Positions 12,172 to 26,700 of a DNA stretch of 64,000 nucleotides are shown in pieces. The DNA is taken from positions 2,976,001 to 3,040,000 of the forward strand of contig CATNEN010000003.1 of assembly GCA_950097015.1 (NCBI GenBank). Direction: 5' to 3'. The first letter of the stretch is position 1, and every line of letters starts with the position of its first letter. The DNA is from Macrostomum hystrix (lineage: Eukaryota; Animalia; Platyhelminthes). The notes under the pieces are model-generated. The model made no database searches. It had not been told where the DNA came from and worked only from the letters and a program-made list of their open reading frames with translations. A program made the translations under genes and the position numbers.

Positions 12172-12927
12172 CGAGGGGTGTTCCAAAAGTCCTTTCCCTT
12201 TTGAGCATAGCTCAGAATGTCGAGGTCTGATTGCAAAGCGGTTTACGATAGCTTATAGATCTTTTTCTGTGCTTCTTTTGACACCAAGCTTATGCTAAAC
12301 GGTAAAGCAGTTTCTGAGATATATGGGCATTGGCCATAGACACCTACCATTAGGTTTACAAAGATAGATTTTTCTGCCTAAAACCAAGTCTTGTGTTGTG
12401 TTGACTTAGCCATAATCTTGACATGATTTTGCTGAAACAAGAGTCTTTCTGCAAGTACATTATTTGTATTTTGTTTTCAAAAGCCTTACTTCTTGTCAAA
12501 AAGTTTTCTGTCTCTTTTGACATCTGGAGTTTGGATCACCTCCATGGATGCCCACAGTGTCGAAGCACAGCGAGCTGCCATCTTTTCACTGTGGAAAAAT
12601 GGTCAGTCGGCTATTCAAATTCATCAAGCCTTGGTCACCGCATACCAGGATCAAGCAGTGACTCTTCGCACCATTCGCAATTGGATTGAGCGCTTTGAAG
12701 CAGGTCGAGAGCAACTGAGTGATAAACCTCGTTGTTTCTGTAAACCTTTCACTAGATCTCCATAGTAAAACGCCTAGCGTTTTGTGAAAAGTAGGCCTTT
12801 TTTAATAAGCTTGGTGTCAAAAGAAGCACAGAAAAAAGTTCTATAAGCCATCAAAAACCGCTTTGCAATCAGACCTCTACATCCTGAGCTATGCTCAAAA
12901 AGGAAAGGACTTTTGGAACTCCCCTCG
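12172..12927 (+). mobile_element. Internally deleted mariner (Tc1/mariner) element with ~120-bp TIRs
   Basis: Left CGAGGGGTGTTCCAAAAGTCCTTTCC...GACACCAAGCTTAT is the imperfect reverse complement of right ATAAGCTTGGTGTC...GGAAAGGACTTTTGGAACTCCCCTCG; internal mariner N-terminal HTH ORF. Confidence 0.9.
12544..12765 (+). pseudogene. Truncated mariner transposase, N-terminal HTH only (73 aa)
   Basis: R..I......G.S..QIHQALVTAY...AVTLRTIRNWIERFEAGREQLSDKPR matches the Mos1-type HTH up to the D.PR(SGRP) linker; no DDD domain. Confidence 0.8.
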
Positions 12928-12944
12928 TTTCATTGAGAGACTAC

Positions 12945-13055
12945 ACACTACCCTCTACCTGTCGTATAATTGGTACCAAACACTAGCTGCGGTTAGAAAT
13001 TTGGTTGGGTGTCCATGGACTGAGCAGCTGTACACAACTGCGGCTGTACATCTAG
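12945..13055 (+). mobile_element. Fragment of SINE family B (body/3' part)
   Basis: GGTACCA...GTCCATGGACTGAGCAGCTGTAC...GGCTGTACATCT matches 63730-63845. Confidence 0.6.
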
Positions 13056-13451
13056 CTGCACCTATTAAAAATGGATGTAATCATTATAACAATATGATTT
13101 ACCTGTAATTTTATCGTCATTACCCTGCTGCAGAATAGTTGTGAAAATAAACACAAAGCATATGAACGTTTGTGGATTTTAAAATGTCCACGTCATAAGA
13201 AATACTAGAAGCGGCAGCATTGTGGGTTAACATTCTTCTTTGAATATTTTTGCTTGTATTTTTTTCCGCGTAACTCATGCATGTCAAAGTACTCAGGGTA
13301 TATAAAGAAGCATTAAAAAATAAAGTAATGGTGTGCAATTCAGATGAATAGATGGTAGACAACCAAGGCTTAAAACATATTTATTTCTAGTTCAAACGAC
13401 TTTCAATACAAAAATCTAGACGACTAGTTAAACAATGGTAATATAAAACAG

Positions 13452-13452
<1 letters not shown>

Positions 13453-13483
<31 letters not shown>
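13453..13483. repeat. (TA)n microsatellite
   Basis: About 15 TA units. Confidence 0.95.
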
Positions 13484-13486
<3 letters not shown>

Positions 13487-14717
13487 AAAGTACTGATACT
13501 GAATACTCAGTACTGAATACTGATAAAGCAGCTATTTATAAAAGTGTGAAATAAACGACAAGTTCTAGTTCTAAACTTCATATAGCACCAACCATTTTAT
13601 GATATGACTGTACTAATAGCAGACCAAAAAACTTCAGATCATTGTGACTGCTTTAAGTCTTAAACTAAACCTATTTGCTTGAAGACTGCAGCGCTAATAC
13701 AGTACAAACTACCCTAAAATTATATTCCGTCACAAATCCTGTTGAACAAGTTATTCTAGACAAAGAAGTAAAGGAAAAATGCAATAAACAACGATACAGA
13801 TTGAGAGGATAGCACACAAGACACAGCTTAGAAAGTCATGCATAAACGACTCACTCACTATACTACTGCGGCTAAGTAGCATAAAACATATTTTATTGAA
13901 AAAAGTAATGTGCACAACTTAACTTTGACTAGCTAAAATTTTCTGGTCCTCAATAAATAGCACAAAAGGACGTGTTACTTACAATGCATCTACTCTTGTA
14001 AGAGCAAACAACGCATGCAACAACTAACTAGCACTAAATTAAGCTTCACTATTTGACAATCGGTATTCAAATTATTATAGAATTCACTAAACTAAAGAGA
14101 AACAGAAATTCAACAAGCAAAGTTTAAAAAACAATTAAGAGAAACATTGATTTAGGTTTGACAAGGTAAAACTAACGACCGAATGATCGATTGAACTTTT
14201 AAATAACATTTCAACAAAGCCTTTCAATGTCACATTGTTCATACATACAACCGAAAATAAAGAAACGAAAAACTCTAATCATACTACTACTTCGCTGGTT
14301 TTAGTTAGTAGTATGGTATATGATTTTTAATTTCACGATTTACTGCTGAAAAGTTTTTCTCCTCTGGTTAATTAGCATTTAGGCTAATCGATTTAAAAAT
14401 AAACTCCTGTGCCACTTTGATTTTATCAAGATAATATTATTACTTACAATCATAACAGCAAAATGTTCAAATGGATTCCCTCGTTATCTTTCAGGTAATT
14501 AAACCTGTAATAAAACATACTTCTGTCTTATCTTCCATGTAGTTAAAATAAGCAATTAGCACATTATCTCATTTTAATATGTTACCTGAAAGCTAATTTA
14601 ATTCTTCAGAAAGTTTAGATCATCAATTAACACCTTATCTCCTCTTATCTTAAAGGTAACAAAAATTGAATTCCGCTTATTATGTCTGTGAACTATCCTA
14701 CTAATCAACTAAGGATT

Positions 14718-17700
14718 CTAGGAGCCGGGCGCGCTAATAAACTTCAACTCGGACTGCCCAGGTGGACAGACAAACGCCAGCTGCTGTTTGAGCACCACCC
14801 GGTAGACCAGGGCCCAGCAGGCCACGGAGCAGATAGCAGCGACCAGTTTGGATGGCATGCTGTGGAAATAGGCCACAGTGATGCACAGCATGACATCCCA
14901 CAGTAGGCTGAGACAGCTAAGGCAAATGGCGCTGCAGCGCACGGCGAAGGTGTGCCGCTGGTACAGGCGCCACATCCTGTCGGCCATATCGGCGGTGAGT
15001 CTGCGACCTCCGGTTTCAGACTCTTCTCGAAGCAGAGCGCCTAGTCTAGTCCAGTCTCTCAGTAGGGCGGCCTCTTCGCTAATGACCAGGTTGCACCAGG
15101 TGAGAAGGAACACGTGTCCGGAGATGTCGAAGCCAAGCCAGACGCCGCCGTGTAGCCGCTGACAGTCGCCGCGATCGGTGACGCCAGCCAGGTGGGTCGG
15201 CTTCGGCGGCTGGCTCACGCAGCGGCCGGTGGCATTCTCGATGGCGTGGAAAGCGTTGGTGCACACGTACCAACCGAACGTGCCTGTGTTGGGAAATGAC
15301 AAACGTATAACCATAGAATAGCAAGAGATCTTCTACGATTGACCACTTCTTAAATATTATCTTCTACCTGTCTCCAATTATCCTCTACCTGTCAACAACT
15401 ATCCTCTACCTGTCTACCTGTCTACAAGTATCCTCTACCTGTCTAAAATTATCCTCTACCTGTCTACAATCATCCTCTACCTGTCTACAATTATCCTCTA
15501 CCTGTCTACAATCATCCTCTACCTGTCTACAATTATCCTCCACCTGTCTACAATTATCCTCTACCTGTCTAAAATTATCCTCTACCTGTCTACAATTATC
15601 CTCCACCTGTCTACAATTATCCTCTACCTGTCTAAAATTATCCTCTACCTGTCTACAATTATCCTCTACCTGTCTAGAATTATCCTCTTCCTTTCTACAA
15701 TTATCCTCTACCTGTCTAAAATTATCCTCTACCTGTCTACAATTATACTCTACCGGTCTAAAATTATCCTCCACCTGTCTAAAATTATCCTCTACCTGTC
15801 TACAATCATCCTCTACCTGTCTACAATTATCCTCTACCTGTCTACAATTATCCTCTACCTGTCTAGAATTATCCTCTTCCTTTCTACAATTATCCTCTAC
15901 CTGTCTACAATTATCCTCTACCTGTCTACAATTATCCTCTACCTGTCTACAATCATCCTCTACCTGTCTACAATTATCCTCTACCTGTCTACAATTATCC
16001 TCTACCTGTCTACAATCATCCTCTACCTGTCTAAAATTATCCTCTACCTGTCTACAATTATACTCTACCGGTCTAAAATTATCCTCCACCTGTCTAAAAT
16101 TATCCTCTACCTGTCTACAATCATCCTCTACCTGTCTACAATTATCCTCCACCTGTCTACAATTATCTTCTACCTGTCTCCAATTATCCTCTACCTGTCA
16201 ACAACTATCCTCTACCTGTCTACCTGTCTACAAGTATCCTCTACCTGTCTAAAATTATCCTCTACCTGTCTACAATCATCCTCTACCTGTCTACAATTAT
16301 CCTCTACCTGTCTACAATCATCCTCTACCTGTCCAAAATTATCCTCTACCTGTCTACAATCATCCTCTACCTGTCTACAATTATCCTCTTCCTGTCTACA
16401 ATTATCCTCTACCTGTCTACAATTATAGTCTTCCTGTCTACAATTATACTCTACCGGTCTAAAATTATCCTCTACCTGTCTACAATCATCCTCTACCTGT
16501 CTAAAATTATCCTCTACCTGTCTACAATTATACTCTACCGGTCTAAAATTATCCTCCACCTGTCTACAATTATCCTCTACCTGTCTACAATTATCCTCTA
16601 CCTGTCTACAATCATCCTCTACCTGTCTAAAATTATCCTCTACCTGTCTACAATTATACTCTACCGGTCTAAAATTATCCTCCACCTGTCTACAATTATC
16701 CTCTACCTGTCTACAATTATCCTCTACCTGTCTACAATCATCCTCTACCTGTCTACAATTATCCTCTACCTGTCTACAATTATCCTCTACCTGTCTACAA
16801 TTATCCTCTACCTGTCTACAATCATCCTCTACCGGTCTAAAATTATCCTCTACCTGTCTAAAATTATCCTCTACCTGTCTAAAATTATCCTCTACCTGTC
16901 TACAATTATACTCTACCGGTCTAAAATTATCCTCCACCTGTCTACAATTATCCTCTACCTGTCTAAAATTATCCTCTACCTGTCTACAATTATCCTCTAC
17001 CTGTCTAGAATTATCCTCTACCTGTCTACAATTATCCTCTACCTGTCTAGAATTATCCTCTTCCTTTCTACAATTATCCTCTACCTGTCTAAAATTATCC
17101 TCTACCTGTCTACAATTATACTCTACCGGTCTAAAATTATCCTCTACCTGTCTACAATCATCCTCTACCTGTCTAAAATTATCCTCTACCTGTCTACAAT
17201 TATACTCTACCGGTCTAAAATTATCCTCCACCTGTCTAAAATTATCCTCTACCTGTCTACAATCATCCTCTACCTGTCTAAAATTATCCTCTACCTGTCT
17301 ACAATTATACTCTACCGGTCTAAAATTATCCTCCACCTGTCTAAAATTATCCTCTACCTGTCTACAATCATCCTCTACCTGTCTACAATCATCCTCTACC
17401 TGTCTACAATTATCCTCTACCTGTCTACAATTATCCTCTACCTGTCTACAATTATCCTCTACCTGTCTAAAATTATCCTCTACCTGTCTAGAATTATCCT
17501 CTACCTGTCTACAATTATCCTCTACCTGTCTACAATTATCCTCTACCTGTCTAGAATTATCCTCTTCCTTTCTACAATTATCCTCTACCTGTCTACAATT
17601 ATCCTCTACCTGTCTACAATTATCCTCTACCTGTCTACAATCATCCTCTACCTGTCTACAATTATCCTCTACCTGTCTACAATTATCCTCTACCTGTCTA

Positions 17701-20700
17701 CAATCATCCTCTACCTGTCTAAAATTATCCTCTACCTGTCTACAATTATACTCTACCGGTCTAAAATTATCCTCCACCTGTCTAAAATTATCCTCTACCT
17801 GTCTACAATCATCCTCTACCTGTCTACAATTATCCTCCACCTGTCTACAATTATCCTCTACCTGTCTACAATTATCCTCTACCTGTCTACAATTATCCTC
17901 TACCTGTCTACAATCATCCTCTACCTGTCTACAATTATCCTCTACCTGTCTACAATTATCCTCTACCTGTCTACAATCATCCTCTAACTGTCTAAAATTA
18001 TCCTCTACCTGTCTACAATTATCCTCTACCTGTCTAAAATTATCCTCTACCTGTCTACAATTATCCTCTACCTGTCTACAATTATCCTCTACCTGTCTAA
18101 AATCATCCTCTACCTGTCTAAAATTATCCTCTACCTGTCTACAATTATCCTCTACCTGTCTACAATTATACTCTACCGGTCTAAAATTATCCTCCACCTG
18201 TCTACAATTATCCTCTACCTGTCTACAATTATCCTCTACCTGTCTACAATCATCCTCTACCTGTCTACAATTATCCTCTACCTGTCTACAATTATCCTCT
18301 ACCTGTCTACAATCATCCTCTACCGGTCTAAAATTATCCTCTACCTGTCTAAAATTATCCTCTACCTGTCTAAAATTATCCTCTACCTGTCTACAATTAT
18401 ACTCTACCGGTCTAAAATTATCCTCCACCTGTCTACAATTATCCTCTACCTGTCTAAAATTATCCTCCACCTGTCTACAATTATCCTCTACCTGTCTAAA
18501 ATTATCCTCTACCTGTCTACAATTATCCTCTACCTGTCTAGAATTATCCTCTTCCTTTCTACAATTATCCTCTACCTGTCTAAAATTATCCTCTACCTGT
18601 CTACAATTATACTCTACCGGTCTAAAATTATCCTCTACCTGTCTACAATCATCCTCTACCTGTCTAAAATTATCCTCTACCTGTCTACAATTATCCTCTA
18701 CCTGTCTAAAATTATCCTCTACCTGTCTACAATTATACTCTACCTGTCTAAAATTATCCTCTACCTGTCTACAATTATACTCTACCGGTCTAAAATTATC
18801 CTCTACCTGTCTACAATTATCCTCTACCTGTCTACAATTATCCTCTACCTGTCTACAATTATCCTCTACCTGTCTACAATCATCCTCTACCTGTCTAAAA
18901 TTATCCTCTACCTGTCTACAATCATCCTCTACCTGTCTAAAATTATCCTCTACCTGTCTACAATTATCCTCTACCTGTCTAAAATTATCCTCTACCTGTC
19001 TACAATTATACTCTACCGGTCTAAAATTATCCTCCACCTGTCTAAAATTATCCTCTACCTGTCTACATTCATCCTCTACCTGTCTACAATTATCCTCTAC
19101 CTGTCTAGAATTATCCTCTACCTGTCTACAATTATCCTCTACCTGTCTACAATTATCCTCTACCTGTCTAGAATTATCCTCTTCCTTTCTACAATTATCC
19201 TCTACCTGTCTACAATTATCCTCTACCTGTCTACAATTATCCTCTACCTGTCTACAATCATCCTCTACCTGTCTACAATTATCCTCTACCTGTCTACAAT
19301 CATCCTCTACCTGTCTAAAATTATCCTCTACCTGTCTACAATTATACTCTACCGGTCTAAAATTATCCTCCACCTGTCTAAAATTATCATCTACCTGTCT
19401 ACAATCATCCTCTACCTGTCTACAATTATCCTCTACCTGTCTACAATTATCCTCCACCTGTCTACAATTATCCTCTACCTGTCTACAATTATCCTCCACC
19501 TGTCTAAAATTATCCTCTACCTGTCTACAATTATCCTCTACCTGTCTACAATTATCCTCTACCTGTCTACAATTATCCTCTACCTGTCTACAATTATCCT
19601 CTACCTGTCTACAATCATCCTCTACCTGTCTACAATTATCCTCTACCTGTCTACAATTATCCTCTACCTGTCTAAAATTATCCTCTACCTGTCTACAATC
19701 ATCCTCTACCTGTCTAAAATTATCCTCTACCTGTCTACAATTATCCTCTACCTGTCTAAAATTATCCTCCACCTGTCTAAAATTATCCTCTACCTGTCTA
19801 CAATCATCCTCTACCTGTCTACAATTATCCTCTACCTGTCTACAATTATCCTCTACCTGTCTACAATTATCCTCTACCTGTCTAAAATTATCCTCTACCT
19901 GTCTAGAATTATCCTCTACCTGTCTACAATTATCCTCTACCTGTCTACAATTATCCTCTACCTGTCTAGAATTATCCTCTTCCTTTCTACAATTATCCTC
20001 TACCTGTCTACAATTATCCTCTACCTGTCTACAATTATCCTCTACCTGTCTACAATCATCCTCTACCTGTCTACAATTATCCTCTACCTGTCTACAATTA
20101 TCCTCTACCTGTCTAAAATTATCCTCTACCTGTCTAGAATTATCCTCTACCTGTCTACAATTATCCTCTACCTGTCTACAATTATCCTCTACCTGTCTAC
20201 AATTATCCTCTACCTGTCTACAATTATCCTCTACCTGTCTACAATTATCCTCTACCTGTCTACAATTATCCTCTTCCTGTCTACAATTATCCTCTTACTG
20301 TCTACAATTATCCTCTACCTGTCTACAATTATACTCTACCTGTCTACAATTATCCTCTACCTGTCTAGAATTATCCTCTTCCTTTCTACAATTATCCTCT
20401 ACCTGTCTACAATTATCCTCTACCTGTCTACAATCATCCTCTACCTGTCTACAATTATCCTCTACCTGTCTACAATTATCCTCTACCTGTCTAAAATTAT
20501 CCTCTACCTGTCTAGAATTATCCTCTACCTGTCTACAATTATCCTCTACCTGTCTACAATTATCCTCTACCTGTCTAGAATTATCCTCTTCCTTTCTACA
20601 ATTATCCTCTACCTGTCTACAATCATCCTCTACCTGTCTACAATTATCCTCTACCTGTCTACAATTATCCTCTACCTGTCTAAAATTATCCTCTACCTGT

Positions 20701-23700
20701 CTAGAATTATCCTCTACCTGTCTACAATTATCCTCTACCTGTCTACAATTATCCTCTACCTGTCTAGAATTATCCTCTTCCTTTCTACAATTATCCTCTA
20801 CCTGTCTACAATTATCCTCTACCTGTCTACAATTATCCTCTACCTGTCTACAATTATCCTCTACCTGTCTACAATTATCCTCTACCTGTCTACAATCATC
20901 CTCTACCTGTCTACAATTATCCTCTACCTGTCTACAATTATCCTCTACCTTTCTACAATTATCCTCTACCTGTCTACAATTATCCTCTACCTGTCTACAA
21001 TTATCCTCTACCTGTCTACAATTATCCTCTACCTGTCTACAATTATCCTCTACCTGTCTACAATTATCCTCTACCTGTCTAGAATTATCCTCTTCCTTTC
21101 TACAATTATCCTCTACCTGTCTACAATTATCCTCTACCTGTCTACAATTATCCTCTACCTGTCTACAATTATCCTCTACCTGTCTACAATCATCCTCTAC
21201 CTGTCTACAATTATCCTCTACCTGTCTACAATTATCCTCTACCTTTCTACAATTATCCTCTACCTGTCTACAATTATCCTCTACCTGTCTACAATTATCC
21301 TCTACCTGTCTACAATTATCCTCCACCTGTCTACAATTATCCTCTACCTGTCTAAAATTATCCTCTACCTGTCTACAATTATCCTCCACCTGTCTACAAT
21401 TATCCTCTACCTGTCTAAAATTATCCTCTACCTGTCTACAATTATCCTCTACCTGTCTAGAATTATCCTCTTCCTTTCTACAATTATCCTCTACCTGTCT
21501 AAAATTATCCTCTACCTGTCTACAATTATACTCTACCGGTCTAAAATTATCCTCCACCTGTCTAAAATTATCCTCTACCTGTCTACAATCATCCTCTACC
21601 TGTCTACAATTATCCTCTACCTGTCTACAATTATCCTCTACCTGTCTAGAATTATCCTCTTCCTTTCTACAATTATCCTCTACCTGTCTACAATTATCCT
21701 CTACCTGTCTACAATTATCCTCTACCTGTCTACAATCATCCTCTACCTGTCTACAATTATCCTCTACCTGTCTACAATTATCCTCTACCTGTCTACAATC
21801 ATCCTCTACCTGTCTAAAATTATCCTCTACCTGTCTACAATTATACTCTACCGGTCTAAAATTATCCTCCACCTGTCTAAAATTATCCTCTACCTGTCTA
21901 CAATCATCCTCTACCTGTCTACAATTATCCTCCACCTGTCTACAATTATCCTCTACCTGTCTACAATTATCCTCTACCTGTCTACAATTATCCTCTACCT
22001 GTCTACAATCATCCTCTACCTGTCTACAATTATCCTCTACCTGTCTACAATTATCCTCTACCTGTCTACAATCATCCTCTAACTGTCTAAAATTATCCTC
22101 CACCTGTCTACAATTATCCTCTACCTGTCTACAATTATCCTCTACCTGTCTACAATCATCCTCTACCTGTCTAAAATTATCCTCTACCTGTCTACAATTA
22201 TACTCTACCGGTCTAAAATTATCCTCCACCTGTCTACAATTATCCTCTACCTGTCTACAATTATCCTCTACCTGTCTACAATCATCCTCTACCTGTCTAC
22301 AATTATCCTCTACCTGTCTACAATTATCCTCTACCTGTCTACAATCATCCTCTACCGGTCTAAAATTATCCTCTACCTGTCTAAAATTATCCTCTACCTG
22401 TCTAAAATTATCCTCTACCTGTCTACAATTATACTCTACCGGTCTAAAATTATCCTCCACCTGTCTACAATTATCCTCTACCTGTCTAAAATTATCCTCT
22501 ACCTGTCTACAATTATCCTCTACCTGTCTAAAATTATCCTCTACCTGTCTACAATTATCCTCTACCTGTCTAGAATTATCCTCTTCCTTTCTACAATTAT
22601 CCTCTACCTGTCTAAAATTATCCTCTACCTTTCTACAATTATCCTCTACCTGTCTACAATTATCCTCTACCTGTCTACAATCATCCTCTACCTGTCTACA
22701 ATTATCCTCTACCTGTCTACAATTATCCTCTACCTTTCTACAATTATCCTCTACCTGTCTACAATTATCCTCTACCTGTCTACAATTATCCTCTACCTGT
22801 CTACAATTATCCTCCACCTGTCTACAATTATCCTCTACCTGTCTAAAATTATCCTCTACCTGTCTACAATTATCCTCCACCTGTCTACAATTATCCTCTA
22901 CCTGTCTAAAATTATCCTCTACCTGTCTACAATTATCCTCTACCTGTCTAGAATTATCCTCTTCCTTTCTACAATTATCCTCTACCTGTCTAAAATTATC
23001 CTCTACCTGTCTACAATTATACTCTACCGGTCTAAAATTATCCTCCACCTGTCTAAAATTATCCTCTACCTGTCTACAATCATCCTCTACCTGTCTACAA
23101 TTATCCTCTACCTGTCTACAATTATCCTCTACCTGTCTAGAATTATCCTCTTCCTTTCTACAATTATCCTCTACCTGTCTACAATTATCCTCTACCTGTC
23201 TACAATTATCCTCTACCTGTCTACAATCATCCTCTACCTGTCTACAATTATCCTCTACCTGTCTACAATTATCCTCTACCTGTCTACAATCATCCTCTAC
23301 CTGTCTAAAATTATCCTCTACCTGTCTACAATTATACTCTACCGGTCTAAAATTATCCTCCACCTGTCTAAAATTATCCTCTACCTGTCTACAATCATCC
23401 TCTACCTGTCTACAATTATCCTCCACCTGTCTACAATTATCCTCTACCTGTCTACAATTATCCTCTACCTGTCTACAATTATCCTCTACCTGTCTACAAT
23501 CATCCTCTACCTGTCTACAATTATCCTCTACCTGTCTACAATTATCCTCTACCTGTCTACAATCATCCTCTAACTGTCTAAAATTATCCTCCACCTGTCT
23601 ACAATTATCCTCTACCTGTCTACAATTATCCTCTACCTGTCTACAATCATCCTCTACCTGTCTAAAATTATCCTCTACCTGTCTACAATTATACTCTACC

Positions 23701-26700
23701 GGTCTAAAATTATCCTCCACCTGTCTACAATTATCCTCTACCTGTCTACAATTATCCTCTACCTGTCTACAATCATCCTCTACCTGTCTACAATTATCCT
23801 CTACCTGTCTACAATTATCCTCTACCTGTCTACAATCATCCTCTACCGGTCTAAAATTATCCTCTACCTGTCTAAAATTATCCTCTACCTGTCTAAAATT
23901 ATCCTCTACCTGTCTACAATTATACTCTACCGGTCTAAAATTATCCTCCACCTGTCTACAATTATCCTCTACCTGTCTAAAATTATCCTCTACCTGTCTA
24001 CAATTATCCTCTACCTGTCTAAAATTATCCTCTACCTGTCTACAATTATCCTCTACCTGTCTAGAATTATCCTCTTCCTTTCTACAATTATCCTCTACCT
24101 GTCTAAAATTATCCTCTACCTGTCTACAATTATACTCTACCGGTCTAAAATTATCCTCTACCTGTCTACAATCATCCTCTACCTGTCTAAAATTATCCTC
24201 TACCTGTCTACAATTATCCTCTACCTGTCTAAAATTATCCTCTACCTGTCTACAATTATCCTCTACCTGTCTACAATCATCCTCTACCTGTCTACAATTA
24301 TCCTCTACCTGTCTACAATTATCCTCTACCTGTCTACAATCATCCTCTACCTGTCTAAAATTATCCTCTACCTGTCTACAATTATACTCTACCGGTCTAA
24401 AATTATCCTCCACCTGTCTAAAATTATCCTCTACCTGTCTACAATCATCCTCTACCTGTCTACAATTATCCTCCACCTGTCTACAATTATCCTCTACCTG
24501 TCTACAATTATCCTCTACCTGTCTACAATTATCCTCTACCTGTCTACAATCATCCTCTACCTGTCTACAATTATCCTCTACCTGTCTACAATTATCCTCT
24601 ACCTGTCTACAATCATCCTCTAACTGTCTAAAATTATCCTCCACCTGTCTACAATTATCCTCTACCTGTCTACAATTATCCTCTACCTGTCTACAATCAT
24701 CCTCTACCTGTCTAAAATTATCCTCTACCTGTCTACAATTATACTCTACCGGTCTAAAATTATCCTCCACCTGTCTACAATTATCCTCTACCTGTCTACA
24801 ATTATCCTCTACCTGTCTACAATCATCCTCTACCTGTCTACAATTATCCTCTACCTGTCTACAATTATCCTCTACCTGTCTACAATCATCCTCTACCGGT
24901 CTAAAATTATCCTCTACCTGTCTAAAATTATCCTCTACCTGTCTAAAATTATCCTCTACCTGTCTACAATTATACTCTACCGGTCTAAAATTATCCTCCA
25001 CCTGTCTACAATTATCCTCTACCTGTCTAAAATTATCCTCTACCTGTCTACAATTATCCTCTACCTGTCTAAAATTATCCTCTACCTGTCTACAATTATC
25101 CTCTACCTGTCTAGAATTATCCTCTTCCTTTCTACAATTATCCTCTACCTGTCTAAAATTATCCTCTACCTTTCTACAATTATCCTCTACCTGTCTACAA
25201 TTATCCTCTACCTGTCTACAATCATCCTCTACCTGTCTACAATTATCCTCTACCTGTCTACAATTATCCTCTACCTTTCTACAATTATCCTCTACCTGTC
25301 TACAATTATCCTCTACCTGTCTACAATTATCCTCTACCTGTCTACAATTATCCTCCACCTGTCTACAATTATCCTCTACCTGTCTAAAATTATCCTCTAC
25401 CTGTCTACAATTATCCTCCACCTGTCTACAATTATCCTCTACCTGTCTAAAATTATCCTCTACCTGTCTACAATTATCCTCTACCTGTCTAGAATTATCC
25501 TCTTCCTTTCTACAATTATCCTCTACCTGTCTAAAATTATCCTCTACCTGTCTACAATTATACTCTACCGGTCTAAAATTATCCTCCACCTGTCTAAAAT
25601 TATCCTCTACCTGTCTACAATCATCCTCTACCTGTCTACAATTATCCTCTACCTGTCTACAATTATCCTCTACCTGTCTAGAATTATCCTCTTCCTTTCT
25701 ACAATTATCCTCTACCTGTCTACAATTATCCTCTACCTGTCTACAATTATCCTCTACCTGTCTACAATCATCCTCTACCTGTCTACAATTATCCTCTACC
25801 TGTCTACAATTATCCTCTACCTGTCTACAATCATCCTCTACCTGTCTAAAATTATCCTCTACCTGTCTACAATTATACTCTACCGGTCTAAAATTATCCT
25901 CCACCTGTCTAAAATTATCCTCTACCTGTCTACAATCATCCTCTACCTGTCTACAATTATCCTCCACCTGTCTACAATTATCCTCTACCTGTCTACAATT
26001 ATCCTCTACCTGTCTACAATTATCCTCTACCTGTCTACAATCATCCTCTACCTGTCTACAATTATCCTCTACCTGTCTACAATTATCCTCTACCTGTCTA
26101 CAATCATCCTCTAACTGTCTAAAATTATCCTCCACCTGTCTACAATTATCCTCTACCTGTCTACAATTATCCTCTACCTGTCTACAATCATCCTCTACCT
26201 GTCTAAAATTATCCTCTACCTGTCTACAATTATACTCTACCGGTCTAAAATTATCCTCCACCTGTCTACAATTATCCTCTACCTGTCTACAATTATCCTC
26301 TACCTGTCTACAATCATCCTCTACCTGTCTACAATTATCCTCTACCTGTCTACAATTATCCTCTACCTGTCTACAATCATCCTCTACCGGTCTAAAATTA
26401 TCCTCTACCTGTCTAAAATTATCCTCTACCTGTCTAAAATTATCCTCTACCTGTCTACAATTATACTCTACCGGTCTAAAATTATCCTCCACCTGTCTAC
26501 AATTATCCTCTACCTGTCTAAAATTATCCTCTACCTGTCTACAATTATCCTCTACCTGTCTAAAATTATCCTCTACCTGTCTACAATTATCCTCTACCTG
26601 TCTAGAATTATCCTCTTCCTTTCTACAATTATCCTCTACCTGTCTAAAATTATCCTCTACCTGTCTACAATTATACTCTACCGGTCTAAAATTATCCTCT

